Positions 10,018-18,652 are shown, counted from the stretch's first letter. The stretch is 46,736 bases of DNA from Draconibacterium orientale (GCA_020719345.1 DYQJ01000002.1:1-46736); one strand, 5' to 3'. The notes: generated from the sequence alone by a model not told the origin. Translations and numbers: made by a program.

Positions 10018-11414
10018 GGTTTCGTATGGTATTTTTTTATCTCTTTGCGATTCAAATAAATCTTGTACAAAATCCCAAAAGTTAAGATAAAAGATAAAAC
10101 AGCAACTATAACAAAAAAGAAGTCAGGATTAGTCAAATCTTTTTCAAAGATTTTCATCACTGCCTTAGAAACATTTATGGCGCCAATAATCAAAGTTATC
10201 CAGATAACTAAGCCCATCAAGATATTAGAAAACCAACCATTTACTTTGTCCACTCCCATGAGCTTATGATTATTGATAACAAAGACTAAGAAGATAGTTA
10301 TAAATGGCAGAATCAATCCATTCAGTGCTTGCGCTATGATAATTGCCGGTATTGGTTTTACCTCGATAAAACCAAAAGTCAGTCCCACGAGTAGTACCGC
10401 AGTAGAAACTAATTTAAAATAAAAAGCCGAACGTTTTGATTCTGGAGCATCTTCTTTTTTAAATAAGCTTCTCGCCGTTATAGTAGATGCAAGCGGTGCG
10501 GTGATGGCAGAGGAGAATCCTGCTGCGAACATTCCGAACCCGAAAATATATACCGCCCATTGTCCTATGTACAAAGATAAAATATCACTTATCTGATTGA
10601 AATTAAAATTAGAGATTATTTCGTCTTTCGCATATTGTGGCATGCCGTCAGTCAATGCACTACCTACGGTTATTATTGTAAGCGAGATTAATCCGCCGAT
10701 TATTATTGCTACTGCTAACCCAAATCGCATGTCAATAATTGTTTGTTTTTTATCTGCCACTCCAGAGCCCAAGAATAAATCGTACGGCACAACCGTAGTC
10801 CCAATGATTCCGAGAATAAGTATGCCTGAGCCGGTGGCTTCCGGAACCTTTGGAACAAAGCTTCCAATTATCATATCAGGAAAAGATGGTTTCAACATTA
10901 TCGCTGTGGTAATAAATGCTATTCCCATAAAAAACACTATTGCTCCCATCAGCTTAGCGATTGTTTCAGAATTGAAAGTAAGGGCTATAAACGCAAGAAC
11001 TCCTATTATTACAACAAAAATCTTTTTTGGTACCTTCGGAAAGATAAAACGAAGTCCCTCCACCGAACCGAGTATATTGCCGGTCTCATAAGCTGCTGAC
11101 CCCAGAATTATTGCTCCTACAATCAAAATTATTACCAGATATTGTGTTTTCTTCCCTTGATAATGTTTTGCTATTGCTTCACCGAGATTGCGTCCAGAAA
11201 ATATTGTCACTCTCGCAGTTGCCTCTTGCAACAAAATACAGGCAAAAGTAGAAAAGACAATAGACCACATCATGTCATAATTGAACTGAGCTCCAGCTTT
11301 AGTGCAAGTTGTAACGGTACCGGGTCCGATGAAGGCCGCCGATATAACTGACCAAAATAGGAGACTTAATAATCTCGTTTTTATTAGCTTTGTAACCTTT
11401 TTTAGCATTGACAT
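10014..11414 (-). CDS. mntH: Nramp-family divalent metal cation transporter
   Basis: 466-aa polytopic ORF. FIGPGTVTTCTKAGAQFNYDMMW matches the conserved Nramp N-terminal GPG/DPGN region. Confidence 0.8.
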   Translation of the reverse strand: MSMLKKVTKLIKTRLLSLLFWSVISAAFIGPGTVTTCTKAGAQFNYDMMWSIVFSTFACILLQEATARVTIFSGRNLGEAIAKHYQGKKTQYLVIILIVGAIILGSAAYETGNILGSVEGLRFIFPKVPKKIFVVIIGVLAFIALTFNSETIAKLMGAIVFFMGIAFITTAIMLKPSFPDMIIGSFVPKVPEATGSGILILGIIGTTVVPYDLFLGSGVADKKQTIIDMRFGLAVAIIIGGLISLTIITVGSALTDGMPQYAKDEIISNFNFNQISDILSLYIGQWAVYIFGFGMFAAGFSSAITAPLASTITARSLFKKEDAPESKRSAFYFKLVSTAVLLVGLTFGFIEVKPIPAIIIAQALNGLILPFITIFLVFVINNHKLMGVDKVNGWFSNILMGLVIWITLIIGAINVSKAVMKIFEKDLTNPDFFFVIVAVLSFILTFGILYKIYLNRKEIKKYHTKP

Positions 11415-11652
11415 TATGTTCTATACTGTGTTTTTTATGATTTTATTGATTAATAACGTAAAATAAGGTTTAAAATTTAGTTTTTTATAAAAATAATTAT
11501 TATTAAGTAATTTATAAATTATAAATTAAGAATTATAATTTGGTTTTTACTTGAATATAAAGTAGTTGTAAATTATAAATTCCGAAGTTATTTTTTTAAT
11601 TTTACTTAACGGCAAGATCTAAAAATCTACTCAAAAAATAAATTATAATTTA

Positions 11653-12177
11653 TTAAAACTCCACGTCTTCTAATAATTTTTTCACACTTGCGATGATTTC
11701 TTCTTCTCCTACAAATTTATCAGATTCCCTTCTTAGAAAGTCGCCGATGTGTTTTATTGGGTCTAAGTGCAAAGTATAATCACCGCCAAGTATTTTTACT
11801 GGTTCATTCCTTCTACGATAAAAAAATGCAATAGTTAGGTCTTCGTCTTTAAAAGTATATTCGCCGCTTTTGTGCAGCTTCCATATAGGCAAAATAGCCA
11901 AATCATATCCCTTCGGAAATTCGCCGGATACGGCTTCTAAGTGGTTAATACGTTGTAAACAATAGTAATTAACTATATGCAGTTCTCCTATTGTGATGGC
12001 ACTTTTATAAGAGAAATCTATGTAAACGCTTCCGTTTTCTGCCTTCATTAGCTGTCCGTTGGTATAATACAATCCGCAAGGTTTGCTGCCATCCATATAA
12101 AAATCCAAACGCTCACCTACTCGGAGCGTTCCAAAAACAAATATCCGTATGTTATTTTGATTACAATTTTCTACCAT
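11653..12177 (-). CDS. Gamma-glutamylcyclotransferase (AIG2/GGACT)-like protein
   Basis: 174 aa. IFVFGTLRVGE matches the (Y/F)GTLxxG motif of the GGCT-like fold. Confidence 0.55.
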   Translation of the reverse strand: MVENCNQNNIRIFVFGTLRVGERLDFYMDGSKPCGLYYTNGQLMKAENGSVYIDFSYKSAITIGELHIVNYYCLQRINHLEAVSGEFPKGYDLAILPIWKLHKSGEYTFKDEDLTIAFFYRRRNEPVKILGGDYTLHLDPIKHIGDFLRRESDKFVGEEEIIASVKKLLEDVEF

Positions 12178-12270
12178 ATCTTTTTTTATATTATAAGTTA
12201 AAATAATTTTACAATTATATAAAAAAAATAAAAAAAAATAAAACTTTTTAATTTTATTTTTTTATAAAAG

Positions 12271-12301
12271 ATTGTTTTTATCAATAGTAATGTTATTTTT
12301 G
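12271..12301 (+). promoter_or_regulatory. Bacteroidota-type promoter for pgi (-33 TTG, 19-nt spacer, -7 TAttTTTG)
   Basis: attg at 12271-12274 and tatttttg at 12294-12301, 50 nt upstream of the ATG at 12352. Confidence 0.6.
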
Positions 12302-12351
12302 CACAATAAAAAATTTAATACATAAGATAAAAAATTTTAATACACAACATA

Positions 12352-13701
12352 ATGGAAAAGTTAAGTTTACGAATAGACAATATTTTTAAGTTTGTCTCAA
12401 GTTATTCGGTGGAATCATATAAGAATGAAGCGGAGCGTGCTAATACATCTTTGCACGACAAGAGTGGTAAAGGAAATGATTTTTTAGGGTGGGTCAATTT
12501 ACCTTCCTCAATTACCGCAGCAGAAATAAAAGACATTCAAGATATTGCTGACGACTTGAAGAAACGAGTTAAAATAATGGTGGTAGTAGGAATAGGTGGT
12601 TCATATCTCGGCGCAAAAGCAGTGATAGAAGCTTTGTCGCACAGCTTCGCACCGTACATAGCAGAAAAAGATGCTCCGACAATTCTTTTTGCCGGACAAA
12701 ATATTGGCGAAGACTACACTGCCGAACTATTGGAAGTCTTAGAAGGTAAAGAATATGGTATTTGTGTCATCTCTAAGTCCGGAACTACTACGGAGCCGGC
12801 AATAGCATTCCGCATCTTACAAAAACATCTCATCAGCAAAGTAGGAAAAGAAGAAGCTAAGAAAAGAATCATCGCTATAACTGATAAAGAACGCGGCGCA
12901 TTAAAAACACTTGCTAATAACGAGGGATATAAAACTTTTGTCATTGCAGACGACATCGGTGGCAGATATTCTGTGCTTTCGCCGGTAGGACTTTTACCTA
13001 TTGCTATTGCCGGTTTTGATATCCAAAAGATGGTAGAAGGAGCTCTCTTAATGGAAAAAGAAACCGCTGCAGATGTGAAATTTGAAAATAATTTAGCATG
13101 TATATATGCCGCCACACGTAATGTCTTGTACCGAAGAGATTATACCACAGAGATATTGGCTAACTATAATCCTAAATTGCAATATTTTGCCGAATGGTGG
13201 AAACAATTGTATGGCGAAAGTGAAGGGAAAGATAACAGAGGTATTTTTACCGCAAGTGTCAATTTCACTACCGACTTGCACTCGTTAGGACAATATATTC
13301 AAGATGGCAAGCGAAATATTTTTGAGACAGTAATAACTGTTAATAAATCCAAACACGAAGTACTTGTTCCTACAACAGAAGACGATTTAGATAAATTAAA
13401 TTTTCTTGCAGACAAACCGCTTGAATATGTTAATAAGATGGCAAAAATAGGAACGATGCTCGCACACGTAGACGGCGGAGTCCCTAATATAGAAATAGAA
13501 ATTCCCGAACTAAACGAATTTTATCTCGGTGAATTAATATATTTCTTTGAAAAAGCGTGTGGAATTAGTGGGTATTTGCTTGGAGTCAATCCTTTTGACC
13601 AGCCCGGAGTGGAAGCTTATAAGTCTAATATGTTCGCACTGTTAGGAAAACCAGGTTTTGAAGAACAAACAAAACTCATACAAACAAAAATAAAATTATA
13701 A
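12352..13701 (+). CDS. pgi: Glucose-6-phosphate isomerase (short ~450-aa bacterial type)
   Basis: GIGGSYLGAKA, ISKSGTTTEP, GGRYSVLS and the LYGESEGK region are typical PGI motifs. Confidence 0.92.
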   Translation: MEKLSLRIDNIFKFVSSYSVESYKNEAERANTSLHDKSGKGNDFLGWVNLPSSITAAEIKDIQDIADDLKKRVKIMVVVGIGGSYLGAKAVIEALSHSFAPYIAEKDAPTILFAGQNIGEDYTAELLEVLEGKEYGICVISKSGTTTEPAIAFRILQKHLISKVGKEEAKKRIIAITDKERGALKTLANNEGYKTFVIADDIGGRYSVLSPVGLLPIAIAGFDIQKMVEGALLMEKETAADVKFENNLACIYAATRNVLYRRDYTTEILANYNPKLQYFAEWWKQLYGESEGKDNRGIFTASVNFTTDLHSLGQYIQDGKRNIFETVITVNKSKHEVLVPTTEDDLDKLNFLADKPLEYVNKMAKIGTMLAHVDGGVPNIEIEIPELNEFYLGELIYFFEKACGISGYLLGVNPFDQPGVEAYKSNMFALLGKPGFEEQTKLIQTKIKL

Positions 13702-13715
13702 GGAAATATTACAAT

Positions 13716-13740
13716 TTGCCAAAGTTTCAAACTTTGGCAA
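13716..13740 (+). terminator. Perfect palindrome TTGCCAAAGTTT-c-AAACTTTGGCAA after the pgi stop (family 2-related)
   Basis: Begins 15 nt after the stop at 13699-13701. No strong T-run follows it. Confidence 0.5.
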
Positions 13741-13784
13741 GTTATAATTCAATAAAATTTATAAAAAATTAAACATTTGTGATT

Positions 13785-14888
13785 ATGGAAATCAAAATAA
13801 ACGACAAAATAAAATTCCTAAACGACATAGGTGGCGGAACGGTAATAAAAATAATAGATAAAGAATTAGTATTAGTGCGCACCAATGATGGATTTGAATA
13901 TCCGGTCAGCAAAAAAGAAGTTATCAAATCCGAAGAAACCGATTTCTTTATTACTACCGAAGACATAGTAGAAGACAAACAAAAAAGCACAAAGAAAAAT
14001 ACGAAGAAAAAAAATACTGTCATCATGGAGGACGGCGAAGAAATAGAGACCAAAATTGACTTGGAAGAGTTGTATTATCAAAAACCTACGGATGAGATAA
14101 ATATTTTTTTGGCTTTTGTCCCGCAAAATCAGAAAGATATAATTAATTCTAATTTAGATATTTATCTAATTAACGACAGCAATTTTAACTTCTTGTTCAA
14201 TATTTTACGAAAAAATAGTGATAATTTGTTTCTCAGCAACACAGGAAAATTAAGTGCAAATACAAAAGATATTATAGCTAAAATCAAGCGCGAAGATATT
14301 GTTGAATACGAGAATCTCTACTTCCAATTTATTTTCTTTAAAAACAATGCGCACCAATATAAAAAAAGTGTGGAAAAAGAAATTAAGCTAAATCTTACTA
14401 AGCTCTTTAAAGAGGGAAGCTTTGTTACTAATGACTTTTTCAATATGAACGCTTTTATTGTTACAATATACGAAGAAAATATGATGGAAGAAGTTGTAGA
14501 AAGCATTAATAAACAACAAATTAGCAAAGTCATATTTAATAAAGAGATTAAAAGTCAGAATATCAACACGCCACGACAATATTCTAAAAATATTACCAAT
14601 CTACAAATAGAAGTAGATTTGCATATCCACCAGCTCTTAGATGACCACAGCGGACTCAAACCTGCCGAGATATTAGAGATACAGATGCAACATTTTCATA
14701 AACAGATTAATGATGCTATAAAAAATCCTAAGGTAGACCGTATCGTCTTTATACATGGACTCGGAAATGGGACATTAAAGACCGAACTCACCAGAGAATT
14801 AGACCGAAATTACAAAAAGTACAAATATCAAGATGCCTCGTTCAAAGAATACGGATACGGAGCAACTCTGGTATTTATCAAACATTAA
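13785..14888 (+). CDS. Smr-domain protein (Bacteroidota N-terminal domain plus C-terminal Smr)
   Basis: The C-terminus VDLHIHQL...VDRIVFIHGLGNGTLK matches the Smr/MutS2 C-terminal nuclease domain. The first ATG is at 13785, while the track ORF begins at a GTG at 13779. Confidence 0.75.
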   Translation: MEIKINDKIKFLNDIGGGTVIKIIDKELVLVRTNDGFEYPVSKKEVIKSEETDFFITTEDIVEDKQKSTKKNTKKKNTVIMEDGEEIETKIDLEELYYQKPTDEINIFLAFVPQNQKDIINSNLDIYLINDSNFNFLFNILRKNSDNLFLSNTGKLSANTKDIIAKIKREDIVEYENLYFQFIFFKNNAHQYKKSVEKEIKLNLTKLFKEGSFVTNDFFNMNAFIVTIYEENMMEEVVESINKQQISKVIFNKEIKSQNINTPRQYSKNITNLQIEVDLHIHQLLDDHSGLKPAEILEIQMQHFHKQINDAIKNPKVDRIVFIHGLGNGTLKTELTRELDRNYKKYKYQDASFKEYGYGATLVFIKH

Positions 14889-15030
14889 TGGTTCTTCTAT
14901 GATTTTTGTGAGATACCTGATTTTTTAAGAAATTTAATTTTAAATCTTGCGTGAAACTTTTGATTATCAATTTCTCGCAGAGTTTCGCAGAGTTTCGCAA
15001 AGTTTTCCACAAAAGTCATTCAAGAACCAT
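14888..15030. mobile_element. MITE-like element, copy C (~23-bp imperfect TIR ATGGTTCTTCTATGATTTTTGTG / CCACAAAAGTCATTCAAGAACCAT)
   Basis: TIR matches 20/23. The interior gcgtgaaacttttgattatcaatttctcgcagagtttcgcagagtttcgcaaag equals the reverse complement of the modules in copy A. It abuts the Smr stop codon. Confidence 0.65.
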
Positions 15031-15047
15031 ATTAATTTAATTTGTTA

Positions 15048-15749
15048 TCAGACCGTTAAAATATTATTTCCAATTTCATCTATTATTATTTTCTGATTTT
15101 CAAAGTTTTCAACTATAGAGAAACCATTATAAAACGGTTCAATTTGCAAATAGCGTTGCCGGTATAATTCGTTTCCTTGTTTATCAATATGGAACCAACC
15201 GTTTACGTCTTTTGCGGTAGCATAATCTTTGTGAAATATTCCTAAATCAAGAAAATATTTTCCGTTTAGGTTGTTTCCTTGTTTATCAATATGTTTCCAG
15301 CCGGTTTGATTTTTCACACAACAATAACCGTCTTTGTAATCTCCTGCATAAAAATATTCTTCGGTGTAGATTCGGTTGCCGTTCTTATCAAGATGAAAAT
15401 ATTTATTGTTTTGTGTTCTGACGGTGCAAACATTTTCCTGATAATTTCCGCACCAAGAATAATTTTCGTTGTAAATTCGTTCTCCATTTTCATTGATATG
15501 AAACCAATCATTTTGATTATCAATCACTGCGGCACAATTGCAATAAAAACCGAAGCATTTTAAATAACGTTCTTTGTATAATTCGTTTCCATTTATATCA
15601 ATATGAAACCAGCCCGATTTGTCTTTTACAGGCGCCAGACCGGGTGCGTGAAATTTCATAACTTTTTCAAATTCTTTATCAAAAAGTTTATTGTTTTGAA
15701 AAAGAAAAAACTTGCTGTCCTGTGATATTTGTATGTCGTTGTATTTCAT
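15048..15749 (-). CDS. WG-repeat (KWG-like) protein with no signal peptide
   Basis: About 8 repeats of WFHI(D/N)xxGNxxY and WKHIDKQGN. The ATG overlaps the upstream stop (ATGA at 15746-15749). Confidence 0.75.
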   Translation of the reverse strand: MKYNDIQISQDSKFFLFQNNKLFDKEFEKVMKFHAPGLAPVKDKSGWFHIDINGNELYKERYLKCFGFYCNCAAVIDNQNDWFHINENGERIYNENYSWCGNYQENVCTVRTQNNKYFHLDKNGNRIYTEEYFYAGDYKDGYCCVKNQTGWKHIDKQGNNLNGKYFLDLGIFHKDYATAKDVNGWFHIDKQGNELYRQRYLQIEPFYNGFSIVENFENQKIIIDEIGNNILTV

Positions 15750-17179
15750 TTGTTTAGCAATATATTTTTAACTAAAGAAATTTGATTTACATTTAATAGA
15801 CACGAAAGCAAATATTTTTCAATACCACCTTCTTGCTCAATTATTTCTAAAATAATTTGCAAATGTTTTAAATCCACGTCCATTTCGCTTGCTAAATAAT
15901 CGTTGTTAATGCTTTGTAAATTTGCGTTAGAAAGTAAATGAAACAACGTAATTACAAAACCTGTTCGGTCTTTACCTGCCAAACAATGTATGCAAATTGA
16001 ATTATCACTGTTGGCGATAATTGTTTCTATTATTATTTTAACACTTGATTTACAATCTAATACAAAATATTTATACGCAATTTCAACGTTTGTTCCGGTA
16101 TTAACTAAATTTTTAAATTCAAAACTTTGTTTCCATGGGTTAAAAGGTGCGCGAACAATGTTATATTTTGATTTTAAATTTTCGGAATAACTATTTTCAT
16201 CAATTTCTCTGTCGGCTCTTAAATCTATGATTGTCTTTATGTTAAGTTTTTGAAGCGTCTCAATTAAAATGTTTTCTTCTTTGATAAGAGAAAGTGCTGA
16301 GCTACGAAAAATAAATCCGTTTTTGATTTTTTTATTAAATTTGGAAATATCTCTAAAATTCCAAAAGAAATCGCGTTTGTAGATTGTTTCAAGAAAGCTA
16401 ATTATGTCATTTGTTTGTAGTTGTAGGTCAAATTTTGAATTAGCAATTTCTAAATATTTTATAAATAAATCGAGTAATTTTCGTTTGTGCCAATTAGCCA
16501 GACGCAAATCCATTGTTCCTAATTTTTCAATTTCTAAGTTTTGTTTGTAACTTATCGAGGTTAAAAAATTATTTGGCATGTAATCGTGTTCGGTATTTCC
16601 TTGGCAAAAATAAACAAGTCGGACAACTGCATTCAAAGCGTGTGAAAATAAAACATTGAATTTATAGCCGTCACTCTTAGAATGATTATAAGAACAGCCC
16701 TCAAAACGATTTTGAAATTCTGTGATTAAATTTTTTATTTTGTAAGAGAATTCTTTGGCGAAATTTTTTTGTTTTAAAAGCGTGATATTATTCAGATATT
16801 CCAAAATAGAATTAGATTTATCAAAAATGATAGTGTTTTCCGGCACTTTAATTTCAGAGCCAAGAAAATATTTATCAATTTCTGTTTTTGAATAGCAAAC
16901 AAATATTTCGGTAATCATAAAAATTTCCGAAAAATAAAAACACCATTTATTTTTTTCAGACAAAAATAACATATATTTTAGTTCGTCTTGAAATTCTTTT
17001 TTTAGGTTATCTACAAAAAGATTATTATCAAAATCTTTTGTTACAATTATTTGATAGTCAATATCGCTATTAGGTTTAGGTGTTCGGCGACCAAAACTTC
17101 CTATGAGCAAAACAGTTTCTATTGTTTCTGTTTTAGCGAAAAAAGTATTTAATTTTTTTATTAAATTATATTGTATCAT
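15746..17179 (-). CDS. Fusion protein: Pol-beta-superfamily nucleotidyltransferase (ANT/KNTase-like) plus C-terminal Cys-based protein-tyrosine-phosphatase-like domain
   Basis: The N-terminus has IGSFGRRTPKPNSDIDYQIIV (GSx..DxD NTase motif). A helical middle region follows. The C-terminus has IIDLRADRE and CIHCLAGKDRTGFV (HCx5R(T) P-loop). Confidence 0.7.
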   Translation of the reverse strand: MIQYNLIKKLNTFFAKTETIETVLLIGSFGRRTPKPNSDIDYQIIVTKDFDNNLFVDNLKKEFQDELKYMLFLSEKNKWCFYFSEIFMITEIFVCYSKTEIDKYFLGSEIKVPENTIIFDKSNSILEYLNNITLLKQKNFAKEFSYKIKNLITEFQNRFEGCSYNHSKSDGYKFNVLFSHALNAVVRLVYFCQGNTEHDYMPNNFLTSISYKQNLEIEKLGTMDLRLANWHKRKLLDLFIKYLEIANSKFDLQLQTNDIISFLETIYKRDFFWNFRDISKFNKKIKNGFIFRSSALSLIKEENILIETLQKLNIKTIIDLRADREIDENSYSENLKSKYNIVRAPFNPWKQSFEFKNLVNTGTNVEIAYKYFVLDCKSSVKIIIETIIANSDNSICIHCLAGKDRTGFVITLFHLLSNANLQSINNDYLASEMDVDLKHLQIILEIIEQEGGIEKYLLSCLLNVNQISLVKNILLNK

Positions 17180-17313
17180 ATTTTAATTGAGTTTATAAAA
17201 ATGTTAGTAATTGTTTTATTTTTGTTTTTTTTTAAAATGATTGAAACTGCTGTCTTTTCAAAATAATTCTCACGTGTTATTTTCATAATTATTTATTTTT
17301 TTTAGTAAAAAGT

Positions 17314-17344
17314 TTTGTTGTTATGTATAAATGTATTATCTTTG
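17314..17344 (+). promoter_or_regulatory. Consensus Bacteroidota promoter on the + strand (TTTG-N19-TAtcTTTG), unit 1
   Basis: tttg at 17314-17317 and tatctttg at 17337-17344. This is one of three copies of the same ~70-nt element. Confidence 0.55.
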
Positions 17345-17350
17345 TTCTAA

Positions 17351-17434
17351 TAAAAAAGATTATGAAAGGCAGTGGCTTTCACGCAAAACCGGCACCGAGA
17401 ACTGTTCTGTCGGTTTTCTTTTTTATTTTTTTTT
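17351..17434 (+). ncRNA. Candidate small RNA 1 (promoter to stem-loop plus T-run)
   Basis: aaaaccg(17385-17391) pairs with cggtttt(17411-17417) and is followed by cttttttattttttttt. No credible ORF. It converges on the 3' end of the frameshifted small gene. Confidence 0.35.
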
Positions 17435-17825
17435 ACGCAAATCAAAAGCCGTTAATATAAATTTTTTATTTTTTCCTTTCCACTCAGTTATTATTACAAC
17501 TCTAAACATATCACTTTCAAGTAAAATTTTTTGTTGTTTCTTTTGCTTTAACAAGATTCCCTAACTTTGCTATTATAGGTATAAAGTCTTCAATATTAAA
17601 TCCTAATTCTTTAATTTCGTGTCCATGTTTTTCGTAAATATGTTTTAAACCGTACCCTTTATTATTTTTATCATTTTCGCCCCAAACAATATCAATATAA
17701 CCTATGTCTTCTCTGTATAAAGCATTTATACATTCGCCTTCTTGCACCTTTAATAAAAGTTTTATTGCTTCCTTCGGTTTGTTTTTAAATTCCGTATAAA
17801 CCGTTCCAAATTCGTTTTTTTCCAT
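17423..17825 (-). pseudogene. Small H-x-KH protein paralogue 1, interrupted by a 1-nt frameshift in an A6/T4 run
   Basis: The ATG at 17825 is preceded by a -7 box TAtcTTTG (rc of 17847-17854). The reading frame stops at 17517. The +1 frame continues as ILLESDMFRVVIITEWKGKNKKFILTAFDLRKKK to 17423, which is homologous to the C-terminus of paralogue 2. Confidence 0.6.
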
Positions 17826-17990
17826 TTTATCATTTTTAATTTCCTGCAAAGATATATTATTTTTCAACAGTTTGATTTCTATTTGCAACAGTTTGGGCGT
17901 AAATGACATGATTTTCATATATTATTTTTTTAGTAAAAAATTTTGTTATTAATTATAAATGTATTATCTTTGTGCTAATAAAAAGTTGTT
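17578..17990. repeat. Tandem direct repeat, copy 1 (period 662 bp; near-identical to 18240-18652)
   Basis: Same sequence at offset 662 with few mismatches. It covers the 5' two-thirds of the small gene, its leader, and the + strand promoter element. Confidence 0.85.
17942..17972 (+). promoter_or_regulatory. Consensus Bacteroidota promoter on the + strand (TTTG-N19-TAtcTTTG), unit 2
   Basis: tttg at 17942-17945 and tatctttg at 17965-17972. Confidence 0.55.
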
Positions 17991-18092
17991 TTTCGGAGCA
18001 GTGTTCCGTTAGTAAAATTAATGGCGAATGCGCTTTCGTTAATTCCAATTTTTCAGAAACCTGTAATTTATTTTACAGGTTTTTTATTTTTT
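17979..18092 (+). ncRNA. Candidate small RNA 2 (~110 nt) ending in a 10-bp stem intrinsic terminator
   Basis: aaacctgtaa(18057-18066), a 6-nt loop, then ttacaggttt(18073-18082), followed by tttattttttat. The T-run is only on the + strand. The stop codon of the convergent gene (18068-18070) lies in the loop. Confidence 0.4.
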
Positions 18093-18487
18093 ATCGGTCT
18101 CAAATCAAAAGCACTCAATAAAAATTGCTTGTTTTTTCCATTCCATGTTGTTTTAATTATCACTCTAAACATTTTACCTTCTAAATATATTTTATCATCT
18201 TTTTTTGACAAAAATAAGTTTCCAAATTGCACGACAATAGGTATAAAATATTCAATATCAAATCCTAATTCTTTAATTTCGTGTCCATGTTTTTCGTAAA
18301 TATGTTTTAAACCGTACCCTTTATTATTTTTATCATTTTCGCCCCAAACAATATCAATATAACCTATGTCTTCTCTGTATAAAGCATTTATACATTCGCC
18401 TTCTTGCACCTTTAATAAAAGTTTTATTGCTTCCTTCGGTTTGTTTTTAAATTCCGTATAAACCGTTCCAAATTCGTTTTTTTCCAT
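18068..18487 (-). CDS. Small H-x-KH protein paralogue 2 (intact; possibly a barnase/EndoU/colicin-E5/RelE-like PBECR-type nuclease)
   Basis: The likely start is MEKNEFG at 18487, with a -7 box TAtcTTTG 21 nt upstream (rc of 18509-18516). Contains GYGLKHIYEKHGHEIKELGF and a C-terminal LLSAFDLR. The family assignment is tentative. Confidence 0.6.
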   Translation of the reverse strand: MEKNEFGTVYTEFKNKPKEAIKLLLKVQEGECINALYREDIGYIDIVWGENDKNNKGYGLKHIYEKHGHEIKELGFDIEYFIPIVVQFGNLFLSKKDDKIYLEGKMFRVIIKTTWNGKNKQFLLSAFDLRPIKNKKPVK

Positions 18488-18652
18488 TTTATCATTTTTA
18501 ATTTCCTGCAAAGATATATTATTTTTCAACAGTTTGATTTCTATTTGCAACAGTTTGGGCGTAAATGACATGATTTTCATATATTATTTTTTTAGTAAAA
18601 AATTTTGTTATTAATTATAAATGTATTATCTTTGTGCCAATAAAAAATTGTT
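18240..18652. repeat. Tandem direct repeat, copy 2
   Basis: See 17578-17990. A third partial copy containing only the promoter element lies at 17281-17352. Confidence 0.85.
18604..18634 (+). promoter_or_regulatory. Consensus Bacteroidota promoter on the + strand (TTTG-N19-TAtcTTTG), unit 3
   Basis: tttg at 18604-18607 and tatctttg at 18627-18634. The downstream ~100 nt contain tacggct/agccgta pairing but no clear terminator. Confidence 0.45.

Noticed and set aside
17331-18299. The + strand ORFs 17331-17564 (77 aa) and 18021-18299 (92 aa) could be protein partners (immunity or antitoxin) of the small genes.
   Set aside because: They are low-complexity F/L/I-rich translations largely antisense to the minus-strand genes. 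They are not conserved between the duplicated units, and each is crossed by an intrinsic terminator.
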